Origin: Yuukianura sp. NJ FZ-2021
Lineage: Eukaryota
Direction of reading: 5' to 3'
Assembly: GCA_046563655.1 (NCBI GenBank)
Contig: CM102289.1
Location: 2,108,001 to 2,172,000, forward strand
DNA length: 64,000 nucleotides
Shown here: piece after piece, positions 1-12,733 of the stretch
Layout of the letters: every line of letters begins with the position of its first letter
Numbering within the stretch: position 1 is the stretch's first letter
Program-made: the position numbers and the translations under genes
Notes under the pieces: generated by a model
Told to the model about the DNA's origin: nothing
The model's input: only the letters and a program-made list of their open reading frames with translations
The model's database searches: none

Positions 1-193
1 CAGGAAAAATTCCGAGGATTCCGAGGATTAGTTACCCCACAATTCTTTATTGTTTTCGTTTCTTATAGAGTGGAGGGAAAACAGTAAAATACTAAAACAC
101 CTGTAGAGAAAACTGGACGAGGAGTTTATAAAGTAATTAAAACTTACGCTAGTTAGTTAATTAAGATTTAATTTAATCGTTAAAGTTAGCAGT

Positions 194-2770
194 ATGACCT
201 CCAGGCATCTGCGAATGACTTTGAGGTCACCCAGTTGGCAGGTTCGTTTGCCATTTCAGTTTGAATGAGCCTACCGATTAGATTTAATGAATTTTGAATT
301 TTTCTTCAATTGACTAGGGTTCCCACAACGGTACACCTCAGTTTGGTGACCCCAGAACCGTTGAAATATCTGTTGCAGATCCGAAGCAGTGCTGCTCTTT
401 CTGCCACAGGTCCGACGTCAACACAACGGAGTATGGAGTTCTATTAAAATTAGACGACATTGTCACACATCACTTCTGCCTGGTTAGTTCAATCATTACC
501 TGACTTTAAGCACTATAACTTACGATCATGTTTCATGTCCACTTGTTTGTAATGTTTCATGTCCACTTGTTTGTAATCGATTTCTTTTCTGTCTAGCTTT
601 TCTCGGCTCTAGTGGAACAAACAGGAAATGACAACGAAGGAATTCAAGGGTTTTTGCCAACGTGTATCAGGAAAGAAGTAATGAGGGGCAAGAGATTGGT
701 AAGTTAAGTGAGGATGCCTAGATCCAGTCGAACGTTTTGTATAAGACTATTTTTGGAATCACGGAGAATTGATTTTTTTTAAGTACTACATGTTTGTTTC
801 AGAGATGCAAGTTTTGCAAAGAATACAATGCAACGATTGGATGCGGAGTTTCCAGATGCCCCGTCAGTTTCCACTATACATGTGGATATGACGCCGGTTG
901 CTTATTCCAGTTTTTCGGCCAGTTCCAAGGCTACTGTCCTCGTCACAAGCCCAAGCAGAACATCCCACCCAATATTTGTACAGAGTGTCCCATCTGTTTG
1001 GTTGACACGGAATTGGACGAAGCCGTTTGGCCACCTTGCTGCGGCAAACGCCTCTTTCATCGTGGGTGTCTAATGGTGAGTGACAGTACTAACTTTACAA
1101 TATAAAACTTTTTTTCGAACCGCTGAACTCACTCATTCACTTCTTCGGTTCCAGGTAATTTGGTCGGAATTGGATTGGTCGAAAACGCAGAGGTCGGCAA
1201 ACCTAACCTACCCCTAGCATTAGAAAGATTAACCAAACCTAACCTAAATCCCATATACGCCTGCCGACCTCTGCCATTCCGACCAATTCACTTCCGACCA
1301 AATTACCTGCTACGACTTCTCTTCTATTGTGTTTTTGCAGTATACAGCGAAGGCCGCAGGCTACTTTTTCAAGTGTCCTTTTTGCAACTCGACTGAAGAG
1401 AAATTCATTCATGCCATGAAGTCCAATGGAATCTACATTCCCCAGCAGTGAGTGAACCAATTAATCTAAAGTATTCAAAAAGAGTATAATGGTTTTAACG
1501 TACCAATGTTATTTAGGGATGCTGCGTGGGAATTGGACCCGAATGCATTTCAAGAACAACTTGTCCTTTACTCACGCTGTGATGTAAAAGTCTGCGTCTG
1601 TCCACACGGCAGAAAATTTTCGTCCAGGAACGGCTACGAGTACGTCATATCCTCACTATCACAGTTATAATTCGCTTCCTAAGCGTATCACACATGATTC
1701 CATTTGCTTGTTTTAGTCCTTGGTGTATGGTTCGATGTGGTTGCTGCGGAGCATCTGCCACTCATATGAAATGCAGCGGGCTTCGGATCCATAAATGGAA
1801 TTGTCATTCGTGTAGAGCTGTTTTGAAAAACTCATGTATGAAAAAACGATTTTACAATTTCAATTTGGTTTTTCTCTAAAGAAAAAGAACATCTGAACTT
1901 CTCTGATTTGTATAGCCAAGAAGAGCTCAGTAGAATTTGAGAAGATTTATAACTCCGATTCTGACAATGGTATGAAACGTCTTCTTAATCATCCGTTTTT
2001 GCGTGCCACTGACTAAAAATATTGAATTTTTCTTAGTTCGTGAGAGTAGCACGTCTGACAGTTCCGACGAATCTTCGCCTGAAGACGAACTTGTTCCGAA
2101 GCTACCATCTATCAACAACGTAATCAAACAATGTTTAGCTGCCAGTGGCCTCACTCAGATCCAGACTGATGATTTGACAAAATCTAATGAAACCGTGATC
2201 AGGCAACTTTGTATTTTTCCACATCAGTCCCAGTCAGATGCTTCGAAAGACAAGAACGAAGAATACACTCAGCAAAATCAGCCTCAAGAAGCGCTACCGC
2301 TGGAGCCAACTGAACCAAATCACGGTCTAGAAACGCTGCCGCTGGATCCTGCTGAGCCAAATTCAAATCTGGCTCAAGAAACGCCGCCGGTGGAGCCAAA
2401 TCTGAATCAACATCAAGAAACGCTCCCGCTGGAGCCAAGGTCTCGACACTCCGGTGCTCCAACTCCATCGGATTTCCGAAAACGCTTGGAAGCCCTAAAG
2501 GACGCGGCTAAGTGTGGTCCAGTAGTACTTGACGAAGAAACTTTAGCGACTTCCCAGGGTGTTGTAAGCGATCGGGAGGCAAAACTGACATCATTTTTTC
2601 ATTCGAAAAGTTTAGCTCGGAAGGAAGCCAGAGCCGAAGCAAGAAGTTTGAGAAACACATACGCTGCCACTGCCAGCACATCTATTTCTTCTTCCAGTGT
2701 TGAAGTACACGACAGTCGGAATCTCGTGGTTCTACTACAGAGGAATGACACGACGGTGACAATGAATTGA
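194..2770 (+). CDS. PHF7/G2E3 (pineapple eye)-like ePHD-RING-PHD zinc-finger protein, multi-exon, low-complexity C-terminus
   Basis: Spliced exons give family motifs: VTHHFCL/LFSAL, GIQGFLPTCIRKEVMRGKRL, CKFCKEYNATIGC..FHYTCG..FQFFGQFQGYCPRH, CPIC..PCC..FHRGCL, AGYFFKCPFCN, GIYIPQQDAAWELDPNAF, CGCCGASATHMKC. No HECT domain seen. Start ATG at 194 is tentative. Confidence 0.85.
528..575. repeat. Perfect 24-bp tandem duplication in an intron
   Basis: ATGTTTCATGTCCACTTGTTTGTA twice head-to-tail. Confidence 0.9.
1152..1309. mobile_element. MITE-like inverted-repeat element in an intron
   Basis: About 48-bp imperfect inverted arms (CAGGTAATTTGGTCGGAA..GCAGAGGTCGGCA / TGCCGACCTCTGC..TTCCGACCAAATTACCTG) around a core with AACCTAACCT motifs. 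Confidence 0.75.
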
Positions 2771-3329
2771 TGTCCTCAATGTTACTCGAGATGCTGTTTT
2801 ACTTTTCATCAACCAATCACGTTCAACTAAAGTTTAATGAGAGTTGCGGCGATTACTTGAGCAGGAGCACGTCTAACATTTCCAAATGGTAAAAACTACT
2901 CATTACTGAAGTTGGTCATGTTTTACTATTGTTTAAGCGTGTTCTCATTAATTTCTCATTACTAGGACCCTGGTGATTCAATTACTAGGAACAGGAGTTC
3001 TTCTGCTTTCATGGAATTGAATCAGAGGCGGGTCTTCATCTCAAAAGAATCTTTGGCCCACAATCCAAGACTTCAAGGGCACCCTTGTCCCTGACCCTTG
3101 GAACAACAAAAGCTCGGCTTATCACACGCACAATTCTCGGAACTCATCAAACATTACTTCTCTCTTTTCATTTCACTTCGGTTTCTGTTCATTTATACTA
3201 AAGCATTTAACCTCCAATAAACTAAAACAGTAATGTCATTCTAAGAATAAAAAATTTAAGTTTTCTAATCAGTGGTTTCCCAAAAACTCGTAATTAGTAA
3301 GTGAAAAATTGGCGAAAAGTTAAAAAAAA

Positions 3330-6300
3330 ATGGACACGAAAAAACGGAGCACAAAAGCATATACCATCAGGAACATTTTTAACTGGTAAGTTTCAATTAC
3401 TTTTAATCATTACGTTATTATTATTATTATTATTATATTAATTTAACTACTAAATTATTGTTTTTTAGTTGGACGGTTCCCATTTTACTTCGACAGAAAC
3501 AACGCGAGTTGCAAACGGAAGACGTTCCACCAATCAGCAGCGTCGCGGGAGGCAGTGAAGCCCATGTGCTGGGTTCGTCTATTGCAAAACTCTGGAGAGA
3601 ACAACCCACTGGAAAAAGAAAATTATGGAACGCTTTACTTCAAAAATTTGGCACTTTGTTCCTTACGTTTGTCGTTCTGCTACTGTTTCAACAGTGTGTA
3701 CTCAGGTAGCGACGGACAAAACAAGACGAAGTTCGGAAACTTAAAATTTTGAACTTTTGGTAATTTTTATTTGTTTTTAAAAATTTCTGTTTTAGATTGG
3801 CGCTTCCTGTACTGCTGGGTCTCCTTATTCGATTTCTGAATGAACACTTTGAGTCAACTCTTGGTTTCGCTTTTGCAGCGTCGTTTGGCCTCATAATCTT
3901 CCTTAGCACGCTGATCTTTCATCCCTGCATTTTTGGCCTGCAGAAGATGGGAATGCGCTTGAGAGTTGGTGTCACGAATTTGATTTACGAGAAGGTCTCT
4001 ATTTAATGTATTTACGATTGTACTTATTAATATTATTATGTTGTAATAGTGTAGTTAAATTTCAAGGTTAGGCTGCTACTTAATTTTGTTAAATTTTGGT
4101 AGGTTTTGCGCCTGAGCCAGAAATCCGTGTCGCAGAGTGGGATTGGGCAACTGACGAACATTTTGTCCAATGATGTGAATCGATTTGACGACGTCATGGA
4201 GTTTGTTCCGTTTGTGATTGTTGGACCGTGTCAAATTGTGGCTGTGACCATCATACTATGGAAGTATCTGGGCCCTTCATGTCTCACTGGACTCGGTCTC
4301 TTACTCATTCTCATGCCTGTCCAAGGTTCGTTTTCATTTTTGAAGCACCAAGTCAAAGGTCAAAGTCACCCATATACAAAAGTTGTTTGTCTCAATGAAT
4401 ATAAACAACTTTTGTAAGGTCATTTCCGTTGAAATATAATTTGACCTTGACCTTTGACCCGCAAGCTGCCCACTTATACTCAAACTGGAAACCGCTTAAG
4501 CCCACAACACATTTGTGAAGATAAACCGATTTGAAAATCGGTCTAGCGGCTCCAGAATAATTGTGACCAGTAGGCAGTCGGACAGACAGACAAGGGCAAA
4601 TTACATAAAGTAGCAAACCACTTTTGCTATTTGATAACAGTTTTTTTTTTTTTTTTTTTTTTTGGAAACAGGGCTGCTTGGTAAGAAATTCGGACGTCTG
4701 AGACAGAGTGTTGCACAAATTACGGATCGACGCGTTCGCTGTCTCACGGAACTACTCAGCGGAATGCTTCTGATCAAAATGTCAGCGTGGGAGGATTTTT
4801 ATGCTGAAGCTATCAGCAACATCAGAAAGTAATTTTCAAAATTGCCTTCTTCTTTTTTAAAGGTGGATTTTTTTGAAATGGACATTATGTTTTAACTTTT
4901 GAAGATCAGAGTTGAGCCTAATTCAAACGAAGAATCGGTTTTTTGGGCTCAACCATATTCTCTTTACTTCATCAACAAAGATCAGTATACTTCTCACGTT
5001 TCTGTCGTTTGTACTCACAGATCACGACCTGACTCCGGAGACGGTGAGATTCAATTTCTATAAAAAAAAAATGTCACAATTTTTCAAAAATTGTGAATCA
5101 AAAGTTTAACTTTTGTTGCAGCTTTTTGTGACGATGTCCATGTACAACACTATTGCACTCACCATCGGTAATTTCTTGCCGGCAGGCATCTCCGGCCTCT
5201 CCGAAATGGTCGTTTCAATTGCACGGATTCAGGTTCGAAGAAAATAGGATTTTGGAAAATTGCATATTTCGAAAATTGAAAATTTTGAATTTTCAGAATA
5301 TTTTATTGCTGGATGAAAAGCAATGTCCAGATGAAGCGGCCGATGGAATTGCAAAAAATGCAGACCTGTCGCCATTAGTTTTACTCAAAAACGTGACTGG
5401 CAGTTGGGGAAATGTTGGAGACACATTGAACAATATTTCTATCAAAGCAGGCTCTGGTGACCTCATAGGAATTGTCGGACCAGTCGGAAGCGGCAAGGTA
5501 CAAAAAAAAACTTTGAATCTGAAAGTCTGAAAAAGAGGCTATTCTAAAAAATGTTATTTTGAAAACATCTTTTGAAAAAGATGTTGACATTTGAATTATA
5601 ATTGAAATATGTAGAGTTCCATTCTGCAAGCGATTTTACACGAACTCCCACTTTCGGATCCAAATTCTGTAAGAGTACGTGGTTCGATCGGATATGCTTC
5701 CCAGGATCCATTTCTGTTTCCCGAAAGTATCCGAAACAACATTCTCTTTGGCCAAACATACGATGCAGCCTGGTACGCCAAGGTCATTGACGCATGCGCT
5801 TTGACCTCCGATTTTGCTCTGTTTCCATTCGGCGATGAAACTCTTGTTGGTGACAAGGGAGTTGCCCTGAGCGGTGGACAAAAAGCCCGCGTAAATCTTG
5901 CAAGGTAAAACTAAAGTCATCAAGAAATTTAATCAATGAGAGTAGTTTGAAAATTATCAAGGGGGTAAATGTCATAAAATTCAAAATTTTTAAAAAACCA
6001 AGAATTTTGAACATTTTTTTTTCAGAGCGGTTTACTCTCGAGCCGACATCTACCTACTGGACGATCCGTTGAGTGCTCTGGATGTCAGAGTGGCTCGACA
6101 TGTCAAGGAAAATTGCATTGACGGACTGCTAGCTCACGCATGCGTCGTTCTCGTGACACATCAAACACATTTCTTACGTAACCGAGTGCGTGAAGTCATT
6201 TGCGTTGAAAGTGGACAGATTGTGCATCGCGGATCGTACGAAACAGTTTTTGACGGAATTGAAACCATTGCTGTAGATGATATCAGCGAACCTTCTCCCA

Positions 6301-9065
6301 GCGGTGTTGTCATCTCTGATATTAAAATGGACGACCAATCAGGAATCAGCGAAAAAACAACAGCAACAACAACAGAATCTTCCACGATTGAAGAAAATGG
6401 CGGAAAAGTCAAACCGAAAGCGGAAGCTGAGTTGAGGAGACAAGGAAGCGTCGGATGGAGTTTGTTCTTCACTTACTCCAAAACAGGAAATTCTTACTGC
6501 AAACTTTTCGTGGTTCTATTTTTCATTCTTTTTGCACAATTCTTACAAAATGGATCGGACATTTGGCTAAAAATTTGGTAAGAAGCGGCTCATTTCAGCC
6601 CTGGAATTTGTTTGTGCAATTTTTTTTATATTTTTAGGGCTGAAAAAGAGGAACGGCATGCTGAAACGAAGAATGCTACGGATTTTTTCTTTTTCCTGCC
6701 GGAACTGCCGCATCATTTGGAGTATGTTGAAGTGTACGCTCTCTTGGTGGCACTTTTCGTTTACGCTTCATTGACAAGAGTGCTTATGGTTTTTGGCACA
6801 TTGCTTTCATCCGGAGCCAAGTTGCACGAAGACTTGTTCCTGTCCATCCTCAGAGCACCCATGTCATTCTTCCAAGTCAATTCTGAAGGTAAATTTCAAA
6901 GTATAACGCTACAAATTGAAATTTTTCGAAATATGTTGTATTCACAATCACGTGTTTCTATTTTTATGTTTCTAAAATTTTTAATCTTTGACTCAAGGTT
7001 TGATTTTGAAACTTTTTTCAAACGACATCGGAGTCATGGACGATCGGCTTCCAAACCTAACATTTCAAGTCATCGGAGTAAGTACAACATTGGTCACTTC
7101 GAAACGTTACTTAAAAAAAGTTTAAGCGTCTACCACCAAAACGAAGCCAAATTAAAAAATTAAAAGTAAAAAGTAATTTTCATTAACTTTTTTTTTTATA
7201 GACGACGCTGCAGTTCCTGGGGTCGATGACCCTCGTGTCACTGATGAGCCCTGTGCTCGTAGTGCCCACTGTAGTTCTGATCTTGGTCATCTACTTCATC
7301 CTTAGAGTTTACATCACCTCCTCCGGAAGTCTCAAACGAATAGAAGGCATCGGTATGCTTACAAAATTTCAAAAACAAAACTCAAACGTTTCAGAATTTT
7401 TTGAAAGAATCTTTTTTTTTCTAGCTCGAAGTCCAATCTTTGGCCACCTAACGACGACACTTTCTGGGCTGTCGACAATAAGAGCTTTTAAGGCCCAGTC
7501 CTACTTTTCCAAAAGTTTTGTTCATTTGCAGGATGAGCACACGTCGGCGTTTTTTCTGTACTTGGCCTCTTTCCGGTGGATCACAATGACGCTAGAACTG
7601 GTTTCAGATTTATATATCAACGTAGTCATGATCTACCTTCTTAGCACTTCTGCGGGTAATTTCAAATTTGCATCGTTTTTATAAAATTCGAGACAAAAAA
7701 ATCAAACTTTTTTAAATCAGCTTTTAATTTTCAATTGTTTGTTCATTGTTTCAGATTCGGCTGCTCTTGGCTTAGCGCTTACAGCCGCTCTTTGTTTAAT
7801 CAACGATGGAACGGGCATGATCATGTTCTCGGCTCAACTGATCAACCAAATGATTTCGGCCGAGAGAATAATCGATTATGCGCAGATCGAACCCGAGGAA
7901 AAGCCGGGCGATTACTCTAGTGACAAACTTTGTTATCTGTTGAATCCTTAAAGCTTTTCAAAAATTCATAACAAGTTTTTTCAAAATTGTTTGTCATGTT
8001 TCAGACATTGTTGTTCCTGCTGATTGGCCAGATACTGGGGAGATGGAGTTTGCTAAAGTCCAAGTGGCTTACAAGAATGGACCAAATATTCTGGAAAACA
8101 TTGACCTTTCAATTCGCGATGGAGAGAAGGTCACAACAACACTTCGTCAGCCAATCGCTGACAATAAATTACACTGAAACTTAACTCTTTGCTTTAACTT
8201 TTAACTTTTTACTTCTGTTTTTAGATAGGAATCATTGGACGCACGGGGGCTGGAAAAAGTTCGCTGGTTGCTGCTCTGTTCCGAATTGTCAACCCAAGCG
8301 GGGAAATCCGCATTTCAAAAGTGCCTACCCGCAACATACCACTGAAAACACTAAGACGTAACTTGTCCATCATTCCGCAAAACCCAGTTTTACTGGCTGG
8401 AACACTCCGTCGCAATTTGGATCCATTTTCGGAATATTCCGATGACACTTTATGGGAAGCCCTGGACACAGTCCAGCTCAAGAGTAAGGTCAGCCAGAGT
8501 GGACAAGGACTCAGCTATGAAGTAAACAAAGATTACCTTTAACTTTAACCTTAACTTTAACGTTAAGTTAAAAACTAATTTAAAAAATTGCATCACAGGT
8601 TTGCGAGGGAGGTTTGAACTTTAGTCAAGGCGAGCGTCAACTCATTTTCTTAGCGAGAACAATCGTAAAAAGAAACAAAATTTTGGTTCTGGACGAAGCC
8701 ACGGCAAACATCGACACTACGTAAGCATAAATCTAACAACCAAATTTTTTATGATGGTCTTAAATTTTAGTTAGTTTGATTAATAATTAAAGTTAATTTG
8801 TTTTATAATCAACAGGACTGATGGAATAATCCAGAACGCTCTGAGGGAACGGTTTCAAAGTTCAACTGTGCTGACAATTGCTCATCGGCTGGAGACTGTC
8901 ATGGATTCGGATCGGATTCTGGTTCTGGACGGCGGAAGAGTCCGCGAGTTCGAATCTCCAGCGGCGCTTCTTTCAAATCAAAATTCGTTTCTGTTTCAAC
9001 TCGTGCAGAAAACAGGAACTAAAAATGCACAGAATCTGATGAAGATGGTGAGGAAGACAAAGTAA
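3330..9065 (+). CDS. ABCC4: ABCC4/MRP4-like ABC transporter, copy 1 (divergent), multi-exon
   Basis: TMD1 ([11 protein letters not shown]), NBD1 GPVGSGK / [13 protein letters not shown] / [14 protein letters not shown]2 (ARSPIFGHL), NBD2 GRTGAGKS / FSQGERQL / LDEATANID / LTIAHRL; stop at 9063-9065. Confidence 0.93.
4345..4637 (+). mobile_element. Non-autonomous Helitron/Helentron-like (HINE/DINE-type) element in an intron
   Basis: GAAAATCGGTCTAGCGG block, (GACA)3 microsatellite at 4581-4592, 3' hairpin TAGCAAA-ccact-TTTGCTA at 4611-4629, internal GTCAAAGGTCAA / TTGACCTTTGAC inverted repeat. Confidence 0.55.
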
Positions 9066-9553
9066 TTCCTGGAATAGATCGTGACTTGCATCAAATCAGT
9101 TCTGCATTTCATTCTCGTGATTAAGGCAATACCAAGTCCATTGACACCTCTCAATCACTGCAACGTGCGTCACACGTCAAGGTGCTCTCATGGCATATCA
9201 AATTGTGGTCCATCAGTAGAATATTTTATCAAAATTTCAGGATAAACGCCTCACCTTTGTCAATGTTTCTCTGAAATGTGTTTTCCAACAACGGCTAATT
9301 AAACTTTTAATGCAAACTTGCAAAATTATGTTAACTTTTTATTGTTTCAACCTTGGAACGAATGTGTTTCCGTAATGATCAGATTTCAAAATTTTAATGC
9401 TAAAGTAACAAAAGTAACTTTCAAATCCACCATTCAAAATGGAAATGAAAATATTGGACAGGTAAACATGTTCCTGCATCGATTGGAACGTAATGAAACA
9501 AAAAGTTATAAAAACTTCAAAAAAAACTTTAGTTTTTACTCAAAAAACGAACA

Positions 9554-12532
9554 ATGTTGAAAACAGCAGTTTTAATTTTGACGTTCATCGCGTCAATCCA
9601 GTTTGGCGTAGACGCCAAGATCGTTCGCTATACTCTGCGCATGAGATACTTCTATGGAGCTCCTGATGGCGTCACACGCACAATCCTTGGAGCCAATTAT
9701 CAGTTTCCAGGGCCAACTCTACGGGCCGCCCTCAACGACACTGTCTACGTCAAGGTAAAATTTTGAAAATTAAAATACACTAAATTTTCTTTTTTAAATT
9801 TTGAATCTTTTTTTTTTTGAATTTCAGGTTGAGAACTGGATAATCCCAAAGGAAGTCATCAGCATTCACTGGCACGGATTTGAGCAAGTCAAAACAGCGT
9901 CTCAAGATGGACTGGCCGGAGTGACACAGTGCGGAATTCCGTATGGCCACTCCATGCTGTACACTCTGAAAATGCGCCAAGCGGGTACGTACTGGTGGCA
10001 CTCCCATCATCTGACGCAGTACACTGACGGAAACTGGGGAGCCTTCATTGTTTACAACCGACCGAAGGAAGCATACCCATACGATGACGAACTGACATTC
10101 ATGCTCAGCGATTGGCATCATTTGGGGTCAGAAGAGCTCCTTAAGTGGTACTTGTCTCCGGAGAGCAATGGACACGAACCAATCCCAGACTCAATCTCGA
10201 TCAACGGCAGAGGCAACTATCCATGTCAGTTTGCTCGTGCGCAGAGACGCACTTGTTGGGAACCCTGGCACAAATACGGAGTGTACGAAGCACAGCGAGG
10301 GAAAATCTACAGAATTCGAGTGATCAACACCTCCACTATGGCCAACTTCAACTTTTCCATTGACGGCCATCGAATGCAGCCGATTGAAGTTGACGGAGTT
10401 GACATGGCCAAAATGGATCCAGTAGATACTGTCCGCATCTTCCCGGCTCAACGGTACTGTTCAACAAATTAAAACTTTTTGGTTTAACCTTCTTTTTCAG
10501 ACCAAAACTCAACGATGAGATTACAGTAGAGTACCAAATTGAGAAACTCCTCTGATTTTCGTTTCCTGTAAAAGATTTTCGCGCCTACCGTAAACTTTCC
10601 GAGTACAGTGCAATAGAAATTGGACCACCCAAAACGACATCAACTCAATAGTGTCACGTGAATGCGGGAAAAAAAGTTTCCCAATTTGGTCACTCAGTGT
10701 ATACTACTTTTATAAACTCATCTCCATTCTCCAATGATAATATTAATAATAATTGGATAATAATATGAATAATAATTAATATAATAATAATTATAATAAT
10801 ATTATTATTAACTAATTACAGCTGGTGTCAATGAAAAATAGAATCTTCAGAACTAAAATGATGCGTTAAGGATATTTGAAGCAACAAACGGAAACCTAAC
10901 CTAAATAGTTTGTAATGGAATGAACTACATAATTGATTCAAGTTAATTTTTTAGTCAATTTTTAACAGGTACTCGTTCCTTGTCGAAATGAATGCGTACA
11001 GTAGAGGCAACTCTTTCTGGATTCGATCCAAAGCCTATATGCCATACAACTTAACGGCACCCAACGTCAATAGGTTCCCGGAAGCATTTTATGAAAACTC
11101 AGAAGTGAAAGCTATTTTGCAATATTATTCGGATTCGTACGGTAGAACATTGGCTGACCCTGACGATACTCTGGTACCACCAAATTCGTCCCGCGCTAAG
11201 GTAGTGTTCAAAATTTTAAATTTTTGAAATTGTAAAGTTTGAGTCTGAAATTTTGAAATTTGAAAATATTTTTTACATCAGGAGGTGGAGGACACAGGAA
11301 TCCGTCCGCAGGAAGGTGCGACTCAGGGCCGTCCCGCCACACATAACATTTACTGGACGAATTCGACTGTAATGACCGAAGAATCCGAGGAATTCGACAA
11401 TTCCCAAAGCAAAATAGACGGAATCAATGAAGTACTATTCATCGGGTCAAAGGTCAGGCCTAAACTTCATACGAAGATGGGCTACCCTAGAAGAAATTAC
11501 AACTGTCCTTTGACATTCCCGACAAAAAACGCGAAGCTGTTGGATTTTCAGCCATGTCCACCTTTGGGTGGAGAAACTGCGCCGCCCACTTACGACCAAC
11601 TTGTGGAAATCAATGTCACTTTTTTTAAAAACGGAGACGGAGTGATTATGAGCGGCTTTAACGGAATTTCTTTTGAAACCAATCCGCGTGACCCTGTACT
11701 CATGAAAGTTCTGCGTAACGAAACGCTGCCGAGGGAAGTACATGCAATTGCTACACCATACGGAAAGGTAATGTTAACCTACAATTCGCCAAAGTGTTAG
11801 AATTATGTTGAGAAGCAGTGTTGCTGGATATTCAATATTTTAGCATTTCGTCCAGGCAATAATATCCACTGTATGTGGATAAATCCGGATAAAATCCAAT
11901 TTCTGATGGACGAAATTGAGGTTCGTCCGGAAGAAACCAAAAAAATCCGGTTTTATCCATCACTTTCGAGCAGAGTGGAACAAATATTTTATACAGCCAG
12001 CATCACTGTTGATCATGGTAGGTTATGTTATGCCTCAGTAAGTGTTTTGTACTAAACCGTAACATTTTGTTGCGACCTGCAGGTCGTGCAGGTCGTCATT
12101 AACAACCCGAACCCTGGCCCTGGTGGCCATCCGTTCCACTTGCATGGTCACACATTCTGGGAAGTGGGAACTGGACAAGGAATTTACGACGACGCTAAAG
12201 ACCGCGGCAGTTTGATTCTGAACGGAACGCGGCGTGACACGACTGGGGTGGGTCCATTGACCTGCAAAATTGTCCAATTGACCTTGACCTCATTTTTTGT
12301 TTTATTTCAGGTGGGGCCGTATGGGTGGGTGGCTATTCGCTACTTGGCTGACAATCCTGGTCCATGGCTGCTCCACTGCCACATCAACTGGCATCTCCAT
12401 TCCGGCCTTGGGTTGGTTTTCATCGAAGGTGCAGAAGAAATGAGACAGAATGCTGAACAATTGGTGTCAGAGGAAGCCAAGAAAGTTTGTGCAATCCAAA
12501 AACCACGAAAATTTAAAATTTTGAATGATTAA
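9554..12532 (+). CDS. Secreted three-domain multicopper oxidase (laccase-like, fungal-type motifs)
   Basis: Signal peptide MLKTAVLILTFIASIQFGVDA; all four Cu motifs present: HWHG, WWHSH, HPFHLHGH, HCHINWHLHSGL; spliced, including a 63-nt in-frame intron at about 12248-12310. Confidence 0.93.
10522..10701. mobile_element. Degenerate Tc1/mariner-type MITE in a multicopper oxidase intron
   Basis: TA-flanked imperfect TIRs TACAGTAGAGTACCAAATTGAGAAAC versus the reverse complement of the right end TACACTGAGTGACCAAATTGGGAAAC. Confidence 0.55.
11816..12008. mobile_element. Degenerate hAT-like MITE in a multicopper oxidase intron
   Basis: Ends CAGTGTTGCTGG / CCAGCATCACTG; internal (A)TCCGG repeats; decayed 8-bp flanks TTGAGAAG/TTGATCAT; termini resemble the element at 37392-37702. 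Confidence 0.5.
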
Positions 12533-12733
12533 ATTTGAGTTGACTGTACATTGGCTTTTCAATGTCGACACTGTAAGACAGGCGCAGTTTATTAGTTTGT
12601 TCATAAAATCGTGAAATCATAACTAATCGTATCGAGAAATCATAATAGTTGATTGAAATACATGTATTTTATCATATAACTGTTACGCCTTACGCACGCG
12701 ATTTGGTTTAACTCCTTTCTTGAGTCATGTTCG

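Noticed and set aside
2286..2437. ETLPLEP repeats in the PHF7-like tail as a new domain
   Set aside because: Four degenerate low-complexity repeats in a probably disordered region
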